A stretch of DNA of 64,000 nt from an uncultured Clostridia bacterium (GCA_930990975.1 CAKNRR010000001.1:9756-73755), one strand, 5' to 3'; positions 50,113 through 59,935 are shown, numbered from the stretch's first letter. Notes: generated from the sequence alone by a model not told the origin. Numbers and translations are program-made.

Positions 50113-53100
50113 TTACCAAATTATTATTGAATCTAAATTAAAACTCCCTTTTGTTTTAATTTTAATTTCATGTTCTCCGTCATTCAAAACATTGGATAAG
50201 AAAACAATTTTGTTTGCCTCTTCGTTTGCTATATTAGAAATTGTATCAAATTTTTTGCCGTCTATATAGACATCAAATGAAGATATTTTTTCTCCTGCAA
50301 AAGACATGATTGCAAATTGTGAACCATTGAAATTAAATTTTAATTCAATATTTTCTCCAACATAATTATGCCCAAAAGTAGATAAGTGATTTTCGATTTT
50401 CCAATTTCCAAAATATTCTATTCGCTTGTCGTCAGGGGATAACTGTGTTCCATTTTCAATATTGTATGAAAATTCTGCATATCTATAAGCAATATATTTG
50501 GTTGCAGGTGCTGTTGTATCAGTTACAACAAGTTTGTAATATCTTAACGATGTTAAAGCAATGTTTAACACGACATTGTTGCCTGTGATACTTAGATTTT
50601 CTTGTTCATTGATTAATTCAAGGTTGTCAAGAGTTGTCCCTGCGTAAAGCTTGAATGTTTTTGGGAGATATTTTTTTGAAGGTTCACCATAAATTGTGAA
50701 TGTGTTTGCAGTTATGGTTTCACCCAAATCAACAGTTAGCTCAAATGGATTGTTGCTATTAATTGGTGTTCTGTTTGAGTGAATGAAGTTGGTTTTGTTG
50801 TCATCAAAGAGGTTTGATATAGGGTAATTTTCATCCCATGGTTGATAATTTGTTTCAACTAAAGTTTGTGCTTTATCTGGTGTGTCATGATAAGTATAGG
50901 CAAAATTGTGTGTATAAAAATATTCTGAAGTGAATTCCTCATATTCATAAGAATTTCTATAGGCATTAAGATAGCTTACAGATACATTGTCACCATTAAA
51001 TTTGCCCCAGCCAACACCAATGAAGCTTCGTTCATAAGTTACCATAAGCGTAGCTTTGAAATACAACCACTGTCCTTCTTCAAGTGATAAATCATGATAA
51101 TGTTCAGGGTTTGTTAAGTCAAAATCTGGACTGTTTGTTTGATTGTTGACTTTCGCAACACAATTAAAGGTTGTTCCGTCTGTGGATATATAGAGATTGG
51201 CATATCTTCGTGCTCTTAAAGCAATTCGATATTTTCCTGTATCTTTGATAAGAATTTTACCCTTTATTTCCATAATTGCATTGTTTGTTGGCTTTGGATC
51301 CCATATTTCTGCGTTTCCATTTTGGACATTGTTGATATTGTCCTCATATTTTACTGTTTGATAACCTGCATAATTGTTTTTATAAGCTTCATCAAGTGAA
51401 GAATACATTGTATCGTTTGTATAAGTGTAAACTGTTCGTTCGAGCATGCTGCTGTCAACAGCTTGTTCAAATTCAAGCACTAAGTCGACATCTTCAACAT
51501 TGAAGGCTTTGTCATCTTTTGTGATTGACAATGTAACAATGATTTCACCTGATGCTTTTTGAGTTTCGCTTGGAATGTAAGTGTAAGTACCATCAGTATT
51601 GTCGACTATTCTTCCATTTTTAGGGGAGGTTATATTTTTGATTTTATAAGAAAAGCCACTTGGCAAAATAATATTGTTTTTAAGGTCAATCAAAAAGTTT
51701 TCATTTGCTGGAATTTGATAAGGTTGGACAGTCTTGCTGAACTGTTTTTGACCTTGATACAAAAAGCTTCGACCTGTTTGATAAATTGTGGCAACTGGGA
51801 CATAGATAGGATAACCTTTGCTTTGCACTTCTTGTTTTACATTGTCAGATATTGTTTGATGTAACAGGCTTTCAAAATAATAAGTCATGTCATATTGCAT
51901 TGTTTCACAAAGAGATTTATACCATGTATCAGCACCGCCAGAGCCATTGCCATATTGAGTTGCCTTGATGAAGAGTTCTTGACCAAAAGTATGCAAAATG
52001 TTCGCATAAGTGTCAAGATTGCTGTTTTTTGATGATGTGTTCAGCGTTTGCTTTAAAACCCAACTTGGATTTGTATATCTGTTCCAACTTGTCGCATAAT
52101 TACCTTGGTTTGCATTGGCTAAAGAGCGTCTTGAAGAAATTTTTGTGAAAAGACTATAAGAAACAAGACTTACTGCGTTGTTTGTTACTTCATCGCCAGG
52201 CGAAAATCCGAATTTTTGATAATGATGGTTAAACTCATGGATGCAACCCCAGAAAGGATCAGAAGCATTCGTCACAGCACTTTCATAATCAAGTGCAGCT
52301 GTAAGACAATTGAGAGGGCAGTTTACTGTATAACGCCCAACAAATGCAACCATACTTCCGGCTGCGATGAAAGGATCATATAAGAATGTTATCCCAACAT
52401 CTCCAGGAGAGCCGGAAGGAACATTATTTGAAACAAGTGCGATTTTGTCCCAAAGCACTGCGGCTTTATATAGGTCATAATAATCAAATTGTTTGACTCT
52501 GCTGTTTGGTCCAGAATGTCTTACTCCATCATACCAAACTTCCAAATCAAAATAAGGTGCAGAAGATTGATTGAATTCAAACTCTTCTTCTGATGTGTAA
52601 CCAAGGATAAAGTGTGAATATTTTACAGCTCCTGAAATTGTTATAGTAAAAGTTGTGTTTTTATTGATTGGCTCTACATAAATTGGTCCGCCAAGATAAG
52701 AGCCGACATAAGCAGTCGATGAATTTATGGTCATGGTATTGACAATGTATGGCATACGATTAAAATCTCTTTCCAGCCAAATATTGTTTGCTTGACCATT
52801 TGTTAAAATCTGACCAATATGGATTTTTACTCCACCAGTTTTTGCCAAATCGTCTTCTGAGATTTCTATTTTTACAACTTCACCAGCAGGTGCATATAAA
52901 CCCGTAATATGATTTCCTCTGCTTCGTGATTTGATTGTCATTCTTTTTATAACTGCTTCTTCACTGTCACTAACATTGCCTTCATACATTCCAACTGAAG
53001 CGGTATGTTTGTATAGATGTCGACCTGTGGACACACCATTAAGGTAAAGGTTTCCTTGTTCATCCATGCTATCATAAGATGATGAAGAGGCATTTAAAAG

Positions 53101-53397
53101 TTGATTTTCATTTGTTATTGCTTGCTTTTCTTCTTTAGTTGCTCCAGACAACATTTGCCCATAAACAGGGTAGCGAGCAAGCCCTTCGTTTGATAGCTCT
53201 GGCAAGCTTCTTTTTGTCGTTCCTAAATATTCGGCTTGATATCCAACTTTGCTAAAGTTTGGATAAGAAAAAGAGAAGCCTTGCAAGTTTTCTGATGAGC
53301 GCGGTTTAAATATAAAAATAAAAACACCTGTCAAGACTAATAATAAAATTAATGCGATAATAGCAATGATAATTTTGCTCTCTTTTGTTTTTTTCAT
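50113..53397 (-). CDS. M60 (enhancin-like) zinc peptidase with PA14-like and F5/8 type C (discoidin/CBM32-like) modules
   Basis: Start at MKKTKESK after a GGAG RBS. Signal anchor. The zinc site is HEFNHHYQ...GDE. A PA14-like segment (GKYRIALRARRYANLYISTDG) and a discoidin-like segment (ISNLFDDNKTNFIHSN...FTIYG) are present. Confidence 0.8.
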   Translation of the reverse strand: MKKTKESKIIIAIIALILLLVLTGVFIFIFKPRSSENLQGFSFSYPNFSKVGYQAEYLGTTKRSLPELSNEGLARYPVYGQMLSGATKEEKQAITNENQLLNASSSSYDSMDEQGNLYLNGVSTGRHLYKHTASVGMYEGNVSDSEEAVIKRMTIKSRSRGNHITGLYAPAGEVVKIEISEDDLAKTGGVKIHIGQILTNGQANNIWLERDFNRMPYIVNTMTINSSTAYVGSYLGGPIYVEPINKNTTFTITISGAVKYSHFILGYTSEEEFEFNQSSAPYFDLEVWYDGVRHSGPNSRVKQFDYYDLYKAAVLWDKIALVSNNVPSGSPGDVGITFLYDPFIAAGSMVAFVGRYTVNCPLNCLTAALDYESAVTNASDPFWGCIHEFNHHYQKFGFSPGDEVTNNAVSLVSYSLFTKISSRRSLANANQGNYATSWNRYTNPSWVLKQTLNTSSKNSNLDTYANILHTFGQELFIKATQYGNGSGGADTWYKSLCETMQYDMTYYFESLLHQTISDNVKQEVQSKGYPIYVPVATIYQTGRSFLYQGQKQFSKTVQPYQIPANENFLIDLKNNIILPSGFSYKIKNITSPKNGRIVDNTDGTYTYIPSETQKASGEIIVTLSITKDDKAFNVEDVDLVLEFEQAVDSSMLERTVYTYTNDTMYSSLDEAYKNNYAGYQTVKYEDNINNVQNGNAEIWDPKPTNNAIMEIKGKILIKDTGKYRIALRARRYANLYISTDGTTFNCVAKVNNQTNSPDFDLTNPEHYHDLSLEEGQWLYFKATLMVTYERSFIGVGWGKFNGDNVSVSYLNAYRNSYEYEEFTSEYFYTHNFAYTYHDTPDKAQTLVETNYQPWDENYPISNLFDDNKTNFIHSNRTPINSNNPFELTVDLGETITANTFTIYGEPSKKYLPKTFKLYAGTTLDNLELINEQENLSITGNNVVLNIALTSLRYYKLVVTDTTAPATKYIAYRYAEFSYNIENGTQLSPDDKRIEYFGNWKIENHLSTFGHNYVGENIELKFNFNGSQFAIMSFAGEKISSFDVYIDGKKFDTISNIANEEANKIVFLSNVLNDGEHEIKIKTKGSFNLDSIIIW

Positions 53398-53667
53398 AAT
53401 ACTCCTTTGCTTTTTAATGTATTTTAATGATAACACATTTATTTAGAAAAAACCATAGTTATGGACAATATTTTTATAACAAAAGATCAGCTTTCTCTTT
53501 ATATTGCATGAATTGAAATTTTAAGTTTGATTCAAATTCTTTTGCTAAGCTATAAAAACTGCATGATAAAATAAAGAGGGTTGGAAAATAAAAAATGAAA
53601 ATAGTAATAAAAAATAATAAAAATTACAATAAAAAAACTATGACATGTGCCATAGTTTTTATTTTTC

Positions 53668-54018
53668 TTAGTTGTTGTCTGCAGATTTGATTTTTGCAGC
53701 TTTTCCAGTCAATTCGCGAACATAGTATAATTTTGCTCTTCTTGGGCTACCTTTTCTCACAACATCAATACTTGCAACGATAGGTGAGTGTAAAGGGAAA
53801 GTTCTTTCAACGCCAACACCATTAGATATTTTTCTAACAGTGAAGCTTTCTCTAACAGCGCCATTTTTACGAGCGATAACAACGCCTTCATAGGCTTGGA
53901 TTCTTTCTTTATCGCCTTCCTTGATTTTAACACCAACTCTAACAGTATCACCGATGTTAAATTCAGGTATAGACTCTTTCATATTTTCCTTTTCAATTTG
54001 GTCAATAATGTTAGCCAT
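53668..54018 (-). CDS. rplS: 50S ribosomal protein L19
   Basis: [34 protein letters not shown]...RTFPLHSP. A terminator hairpin lies at 53631..53662. Confidence 0.96.
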   Translation of the reverse strand: MANIIDQIEKENMKESIPEFNIGDTVRVGVKIKEGDKERIQAYEGVVIARKNGAVRESFTVRKISNGVGVERTFPLHSPIVASIDVVRKGSPRRAKLYYVRELTGKAAKIKSADNN

Positions 54019-54085
54019 TGTAATTCTCCTTTTAATAGATTTTTATAAAGTGCAATTTTGCACAAGGTATGGTAAAAAATTGATT

Positions 54086-54280
54086 TTAGCCTCTTTTTCT
54101 AGCTCTTTTGCGAGCGGCTTCTCTTTTCTTCTTTTTAGCAACGCTAGGCTTATCATATGCTTCTTTTTTTCTTATATCACCGATAATACCATCTTTTTGG
54201 CATTTTCTTTTAAATCTTTTTAAAGCACTTTCAAGACTTTCGTTTTCGCCTACTTTAACAGTTGTCAATCTTCTCACCAC
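54086..54280 (-). CDS. rpsU: 30S ribosomal protein S21
   Basis: [25 protein letters not shown] plus a basic C-terminus. The true start may be the TTG at 54268, after RBS AAGGTGGTGA. Confidence 0.93.
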   Translation of the reverse strand: MVRRLTTVKVGENESLESALKRFKRKCQKDGIIGDIRKKEAYDKPSVAKKKKREAARKRARKRG

Positions 54281-54387
54281 CTTCTAATTTTAATAGTCTT
54301 ATATAATATAGCATAATGAGTTTAGGATTGTCAAGGGAAAATAAGATTTAAATTATGAAAACATGAAAAATATAATACTTTAAGCTA

Positions 54388-54416
54388 TTGACTTTTATGA
54401 TTAATAAGGATATACT
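54388..54416 (+). promoter_or_regulatory. sigma-A type promoter for the tandem-HEPN gene
   Basis: TTGACT, 17 bp, TATACT. Confidence 0.5.
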
Positions 54417-54433
54417 AAGATTAAGAAGGGTAT

Positions 54434-56218
54434 ATGGATTATAGTTTTAATATAGATGATTTAACATTAGATGCATTTAAGAGATTGATTAATAAAAAGA
54501 AAACTATTTTAATTAATGAAAAAAATAATAATGAAACTTTAAGCGAAGAAGATATAGATATAATAAACCTATATCATAATATAAGAATGGTTTTGTATAT
54601 CAGAGAGAAGAAACTAGATTTTATCAATTTCAAGAAACTTTCGCAAGATGAAGATTATAAAAAATTAAAAGAAATATTGTTTAATTCATTGATGGGTAAA
54701 GACGACTTAGATTTATGTTGTGATATACGAAATTGTTTTGCACATAATAGTTTTGATATTGAAAAGAACAATGGGAAACTGAGAATAAACTTATATTTTG
54801 ATGGTACAAATTCAATTCCTGTTACCCCAGAGGAATTAAATCAATATGTTTCGCTTTTAGTTAAACATATTGATAAAAATCTGATTGAAAAGAATTTTAA
54901 TATTATTACTGATAAGAAAAATAAGATAGATATGCTTGACAGATTTGATGCAATGGTTGTGAAAGATCTTTTATTAAAACTTTTAAACAAGAGCGACAGT
55001 GTTACTTTTGAAAACGGAAATATTAAAGTAAAAAATAATATAATGTTAGATTTGAATGAAGGGGATTTGCCAAATAGCATATTAAAAAAAGATGTGTTAT
55101 ATAAAAAAGTAGAAAAAGATTTGATAAATTTCTTAAACAAATATTCACAGGCAAATCAAAAAGATAAAGAAAACATTGCTTCTGACATATTAAAACTTTA
55201 TAAGTTTGATAGAAATGACGAAAAATTTTTAAGATCAATAATAAACAATGGTAAAAATAGGATTCCTAAACGAGATAAAAACAAAATTAAAGATATTTTG
55301 GTCAAGAACAATGTGTTAAAATTAATTAATGATTTAGAACGAGATAAAATTTTGTCTATTTTAAAGATTAAGGATAGGAAGAAGAGCCTTTTATTCAACA
55401 TATTATCAAAAGAAAACAAATCGGCAATAAAAAATTTTTATATTGATGATATAAAATATGATCAACTTATGTCTTATGATATAGTAAACAATATGTTTAA
55501 TAATGAGTTATTGTTAGATATGGGAAGCAGTTATAATGAATTAATAGCAAAAGTTAATAAAAACTTAAGATTAAAGTCAAACATAGAAACAAAGCTATTA
55601 TCAAATACGGGCTACTCTATTTATAGATTCACTAATGAAAAGAAGCTGGTTGGTCAAGACATCTTAGATATGTTGTTATTTACATTTTCAAAGTGTTTTG
55701 ATAAAGATTTGGTTGATAAAACTTTATACAATAAAGATTTATTTTTACAATCGGTACTATTAAAAAACAACATAAAGGGACATAAAGTTTTTGATGAACT
55801 GCTAACTTTAAGAAACTCTATAATTCATGGCGATTATAACATTAATAAAGATGGAACTATAACTGTGTATAGTTATACTTATGATAAAAAGAATATAATG
55901 CAAAAAATAAAAAAGAATATAAAAGTTTTGCAATATAACAAAAAGCCAATAGAAGAAATTTATAAGGAAAAGCATATAGGTCGAATTTATAATTTATGTA
56001 CAAAATTCCCTTTATCTTCAATATATACTTCAATTTATGAAAAGGAAGCATGTCAAAACCCTGAGATATTAAAGGAATTGACATCGAAGACTTTATCTTA
56101 TGATGAATTGATAAAATTATGCGATATTTTAGTAAATATATATGAGAGTAATAAAATGCTTCATAATAATATAAGTTTAAATAATGTAAATAATAATTAT
56201 TTTGAGAAATCATGTTAA
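54434..56218 (+). CDS. stand-alone protein with two HEPN-type R-N-x3-H motifs (putative RNase/defence toxin)
   Basis: R99NCFAH104 and R460NSIIH465. Both motifs are followed by a similar [FY][DN]I[EN]K[ND]xGxLxIxxY-like segment. GC is very low. Confidence 0.6.
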   Translation: MDYSFNIDDLTLDAFKRLINKKKTILINEKNNNETLSEEDIDIINLYHNIRMVLYIREKKLDFINFKKLSQDEDYKKLKEILFNSLMGKDDLDLCCDIRNCFAHNSFDIEKNNGKLRINLYFDGTNSIPVTPEELNQYVSLLVKHIDKNLIEKNFNIITDKKNKIDMLDRFDAMVVKDLLLKLLNKSDSVTFENGNIKVKNNIMLDLNEGDLPNSILKKDVLYKKVEKDLINFLNKYSQANQKDKENIASDILKLYKFDRNDEKFLRSIINNGKNRIPKRDKNKIKDILVKNNVLKLINDLERDKILSILKIKDRKKSLLFNILSKENKSAIKNFYIDDIKYDQLMSYDIVNNMFNNELLLDMGSSYNELIAKVNKNLRLKSNIETKLLSNTGYSIYRFTNEKKLVGQDILDMLLFTFSKCFDKDLVDKTLYNKDLFLQSVLLKNNIKGHKVFDELLTLRNSIIHGDYNINKDGTITVYSYTYDKKNIMQKIKKNIKVLQYNKKPIEEIYKEKHIGRIYNLCTKFPLSSIYTSIYEKEACQNPEILKELTSKTLSYDELIKLCDILVNIYESNKMLHNNISLNNVNNNYFEKSC

Positions 56219-56261
56219 TATGTTTATAAAAAAGGATGTTCAAAATTTTGATATTTGATTA

Positions 56262-56291
56262 AAAAATGCTAGGTATAGTCCTAGCATTTTT
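56262..56291. terminator. bidirectional terminator between the HEPN gene and mtaB
   Basis: aaaaatgctagg / cctagcattttt 12-bp stem with loop tatagt. Confidence 0.75.
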
Positions 56292-57582
56292 ATTTTCGTA
56301 TAATTTTGACTAAAGCGCCGTCCTTAAAAGGGGATAAGATTTTGACATCAACAATGCTGTCAATGATTTCATCTTTGTTCTTTAATGATTGTATTGGGAT
56401 ATAGCATCTTATATAGTTTTTGCTGTATCCAACATAATAGTCATCTATTTTTTCTTCAATCAAAACTACTTCATTTTTGTTTTTGCTTACGAAGTTTGTT
56501 TTTAATTCTTCATTTAAGGCATTAAGCTTTTCAAATCTTTTTTGTTTGATTTGTGGTGCAAGGTCTTTATATAATTTTGAAGCAACAGTGCCGTCTCTGT
56601 TTGAATATTGAAAGATATGCAGTTGGCTAAAGTTCACATCTTTAATGAAGTTGAAAGTTTCTTCAAATTCCTCCTCACTTTCACCAGGGAAGCCGACAAT
56701 AACATCTGTTGTTATTCCAGCCAAAGGGAAATATTTTCTGATAAGTGAAACGCTTTCTTTAAATTCTTTTGCAGTGTAGTGCCTGTTCATTCGTTTAAGC
56801 ACGCTGTCACTTCCGCTTTGAAGAGATAAGTGAAAATGAGGACAAAAATTGTTAAGTTTGCTTAGTCCTTTCACAAATTCTTCACTCACAAGGCTTTCTT
56901 CCATTGAAGACAAACGCAATCGTTTGCCAAAGGTATCAAGCTCTTGAAGCAGAGTTAAAAGTGCAGGCTTACCGTCTATTTTATAGTCGGTTACATTTAT
57001 CCCAGTAAGCACAATTTCTTTTATGCCATCATCAAGCTTTGACACTTCGTCAATAATAGAGAATATTGCTCTTGACCTGCTTCTTCCTCTTAAGTATGGG
57101 ATTATGCAATAAGAGCAGAAGTTATTGCAACCATCTTGTATTTTTATATAAGCACGAGTCCTAGATTGTTGAGCAAACAAATCATCTTCATATGCTTTTG
57201 GCAATTTCAATATTCGCTCGCGTTTGCGAAGCAATCTTTTGTCGTTTTTGGCAAGTTTGTCAATATAAGTTGAAATTTTTATTTTCCCAGCGACACCACA
57301 AACATAGTCAACATTCTTTTCAAAGAATTGTTCAGAATTCTTTTGACTTGCACATCCACATATAAAGAATTTGGCATTTGGATTGAATTTTCTGCATCTT
57401 GCAATCATTTGTCGAGATTTCTTTTCAGCTTCTTGCGTGACAGCACAGGTATTGATAACATAAATGTCGGCAGGCTCAAGAGATTCTGTCGTTTGATATC
57501 CTTTAAGTTTCAAATTATACACCAGTGCATCACTTTCATATTTGTTCACTTTGCACCCAAGTGTCATTACACATATTTTCAT
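56290..57582 (-). CDS. mtaB: tRNA t6A37 methylthiotransferase MtaB
   Basis: MTTase N-domain (MTLGCKVNKYES), radical SAM CNNFCSYCIIP, and a TRAM-like C-terminus. Confidence 0.9.
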   Translation of the reverse strand: MKICVMTLGCKVNKYESDALVYNLKLKGYQTTESLEPADIYVINTCAVTQEAEKKSRQMIARCRKFNPNAKFFICGCASQKNSEQFFEKNVDYVCGVAGKIKISTYIDKLAKNDKRLLRKRERILKLPKAYEDDLFAQQSRTRAYIKIQDGCNNFCSYCIIPYLRGRSRSRAIFSIIDEVSKLDDGIKEIVLTGINVTDYKIDGKPALLTLLQELDTFGKRLRLSSMEESLVSEEFVKGLSKLNNFCPHFHLSLQSGSDSVLKRMNRHYTAKEFKESVSLIRKYFPLAGITTDVIVGFPGESEEEFEETFNFIKDVNFSQLHIFQYSNRDGTVASKLYKDLAPQIKQKRFEKLNALNEELKTNFVSKNKNEVVLIEEKIDDYYVGYSKNYIRCYIPIQSLKNKDEIIDSIVDVKILSPFKDGALVKIIRK

Positions 57583-57912
57583 AGCAAAGATATTTTAGCA
57601 AAGTTTTCAACAAAAATCAACAAATGTAAAAACAAAAATTATAAATAATAAAATCAAAAATAAAAAATAATTAAATAAATTCGACAAAAAAATAAAAAAT
57701 AAAATTAAAATTATTATTTAAAAATAAATTAATTATATTTTATTATTTTTTTAATTATTATTTTCAATTATTTTTAACTTTTTTATTAAAAAAATATTTT
57801 TTATTATTTTAATATTATTTTGATGTTTTTTAATGTTATTTTATTTGGTTTAAACAAAATTGATGAAACAACATATCTTGTAATAGGGTTGTGTAAGAAA
57901 AAAGGGGAGATT

Positions 57913-59250
57913 ATGTCTTTTATACAGCGTTATTCAACTATAGAACGAGGAGGTATTCGTTTTATAGGGAACACTTTAGGGCTCAGCAAAATTTCAAATG
58001 CTTTGGCTGCTGGTGCTTTGGGCTCTATAGGTGCTTTTACTTCGTTAACTAATAATCAGTTTTCAAATTTCCCAGTAGGCAGTACTTCAAATTATTTAGA
58101 AAATGGGTCAAGTGCAAATTTGAACTTACCAGTTGGAAGCACAATACTTCATGCAGAATTGGTTTGGGGCGGTCTTTATAGGTCGCAAACTCAAGACATT
58201 TCAAACTTGCTTGACAATGCGGTGACTTTTATAGCAGGAGGCAATTCTTTAAGCATTTCTCCTGATCCAACCACATCTCAAAATTTTTTAATACCTGATC
58301 AAGCGTTTCCATTAGGCTTTTATGTTAGAACAGCTGATGTGACGAATATTGTTTCAACAGTCTTAAACGGGCAGTATTCGCTCACTCAAGTTCCTGCACT
58401 GTTGATTGCAAATGATAATCAGACCAGCCAAACAAATCATGCTGGTTGGACTCTTTGTAATAAATTAGGAGAAAAAATATGTTTATAACCAATCAATCAA
58501 ATGTAACATTCATTTTTGTTTTGCCAGATGGAAGCACAGTTCCAGGGCAAGCTGAAAGTAATATAGTCAGCACAGAAATAATTTCTGTTGACTTCAGCAA
58601 GTTGAAAGCTACACCTCGTTCGTTTATAGAAGAGGATGAGATGACAACGCAAACTGTAACTTTGACAAACAACACACTTTATCCAATAACCAATTTGTTC
58701 TTTAACGATTCATTGGGCAATGACGCAACTCATGTTCCTGCATCAGTTGTGATAGATAATGTAAGCTATCCAGGATATGTATTGTTACAGGTTTCAATTT
58801 ACCTGATTTGCCTGTTGGCGGAAGCACAACAATTGCTTATACTGTCATAGCAGACAACCCAAAAACCCAAGACAGCGTTGATAACTTTGCTACAGTAAAT
58901 TATACTATTGACGACCCAATAAGTGGTCCTAGAGAATTTACAGAAAACACCAACACCGTTCCTTTGCTGTTATTGCATTGTCTTTAAGCGTTGTAAAGAG
59001 CGTTGATAAAGGGGTTGCGAATAGAGGAGAAATATTGACTTATACTTCGTTAATAACCAACACTGGGACTCAAACCGTTACCGATTTGGTATTCTCAGAT
59101 GTGTTGCAACCTGACATAACATTTGTGCCTAACTCAGTTAAAATCAATGATGTTTTGCAACCAGGACTCAACCCAATTACAACATTTGCATTGCCTAATC
59201 TGTCAGTTGGCGCAAGCGTAAAAGTTGAATTCCAAGTAGTAGTCAATTAA
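57913..59250 (+). pseudogene. frameshifted DUF11 (conserved repeat domain) surface or spore-appendage-like gene
   Basis: Three ORF fragments (57913..58488, 58479..58850, 58978..59250), plus an unlisted frame segment that I translated (TGFNLPDLPVGGSTTIAYTVIADNPKTQDS...). Together they read as one protein: an N-domain (IERGGIRFIGNTLGLSK) plus DUF11-like repeats (SVVKSVDKGVANRGEILTYTSLITNTG). The frame breaks near 58465..58488, 58790..58800 and 58950..58965. Confidence 0.6.
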
Positions 59251-59260
59251 AGAGGTGAGT

Positions 59261-59698
59261 ATGCAAGTGATAAATAATGTTTCAAGTGTTACAGTTTCGA
59301 CTGCAGAACAACCAACAACATTTTTTAGCAATAATGTTCAAACGCTTATAAATTCGCCAATAAATCCGTCACCATGTCCTCCAGCAATTTGCTTCTTTTT
59401 CGATTTTGATGAAAATTGTTTCTTTAGAGTTTGCAATCAAAATGATTTTTGCAATTGTTGCCCTAATAATGGGGGACAGCCACGCGATATTATGTTAGGA
59501 AATTGGGATAATAATAACAACTGCAATAATTGTAATGGTTTTGGGAATAATATGAACAATTGGAACAATCAATGTCATAAATCAAATTGCCCATGCAGAA
59601 ATTGGTGTAACTGCCAATGGAATAATTGTGAAAGAAGATGTCATGATTGCAGGAATTGTCCAATATGTGCCGCACTATTGCTGTGTTGTTTATGCTAA
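59261..59698 (+). CDS. Cys/Asn-rich small protein
   Basis: RBS AGAGGTG. The C-terminal ~100 aa are packed with Cys and Asn (CNCCPNN, CNNCNGFGNN, CHKSNCPCRNWCNCQWNNCERRCHDCRNCPICAALLLCCLC). Confidence 0.6.
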   Translation: MQVINNVSSVTVSTAEQPTTFFSNNVQTLINSPINPSPCPPAICFFFDFDENCFFRVCNQNDFCNCCPNNGGQPRDIMLGNWDNNNNCNNCNGFGNNMNNWNNQCHKSNCPCRNWCNCQWNNCERRCHDCRNCPICAALLLCCLC

Positions 59699-59761
59699 AA
59701 ATAAAAATGGAAAAGTCACATTATGTGGCTTCTTTTAATTTAAAAAATATAATTTATATAT

Positions 59762-59790
59762 TTGCAAAAAGCAATTTAATGTTGTATAAT
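59762..59790 (+). promoter_or_regulatory. sigma-A type promoter upstream of tRNA-Arg
   Basis: TTGCAA, 17 bp, TATAAT. Confidence 0.5.
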
Positions 59791-59860
59791 AGGAGAGCGG
59801 CACTCATAACACAAGCAACAATATGCTCAAAAATTTCGAGATATAAAACATAAAAGTTAT

Positions 59861-59935
59861 GTTCCCATAGTAAAGTGGATATTACAAGCCCCTCCTAAGG
59901 GCTAGTCACAGGTTCGAGTCCTGTTGGGAACACCA
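59861..59935 (+). tRNA. tRNA-Arg (anticodon CCT), CCA encoded
   Basis: GTTCCCA acceptor stem, D arm GTAA/TTAC, anticodon stem AGCCC/GGGCT with loop CTCCTAA, T arm ACAGG TTCGAGT CCTGT, and the 3' end TGGGAACACCA. Confidence 0.92.

Noticed and set aside
54281-56300. Calling the tandem-HEPN gene a type VI CRISPR effector (Cas13).
   Set aside because: There are no direct repeats or spacer-like periodicity in either flank or anywhere else in the window. The flanks hold only a promoter and a single bidirectional terminator. It is annotated as a HEPN protein only.
57640-57830. A/T-only blocks (also 30702..30874) as CRISPR arrays, tandem repeats or a replication origin.
   Set aside because: I could see no regular repeat period and no DnaA boxes (TTATCCACA-like). 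They are low-complexity A/T sequence.
58468-58481. Programmed -1 frameshift or slippage at the A6 run joining DUF11 fragments 1 and 2.
   Set aside because: It is not a canonical X XXY YYZ heptamer in the zero frame, and A6 is short for transcriptional slippage. The other two breaks are not at slippery sequences, so decay is simpler.
59647-59853. A 68-aa ORF overlapping the end of the Cys-rich gene and the tRNA-Arg promoter.
   Set aside because: It overlaps a better-supported CDS and a TTGCAA-17-TATAAT promoter and tRNA leader, and it has no RBS.
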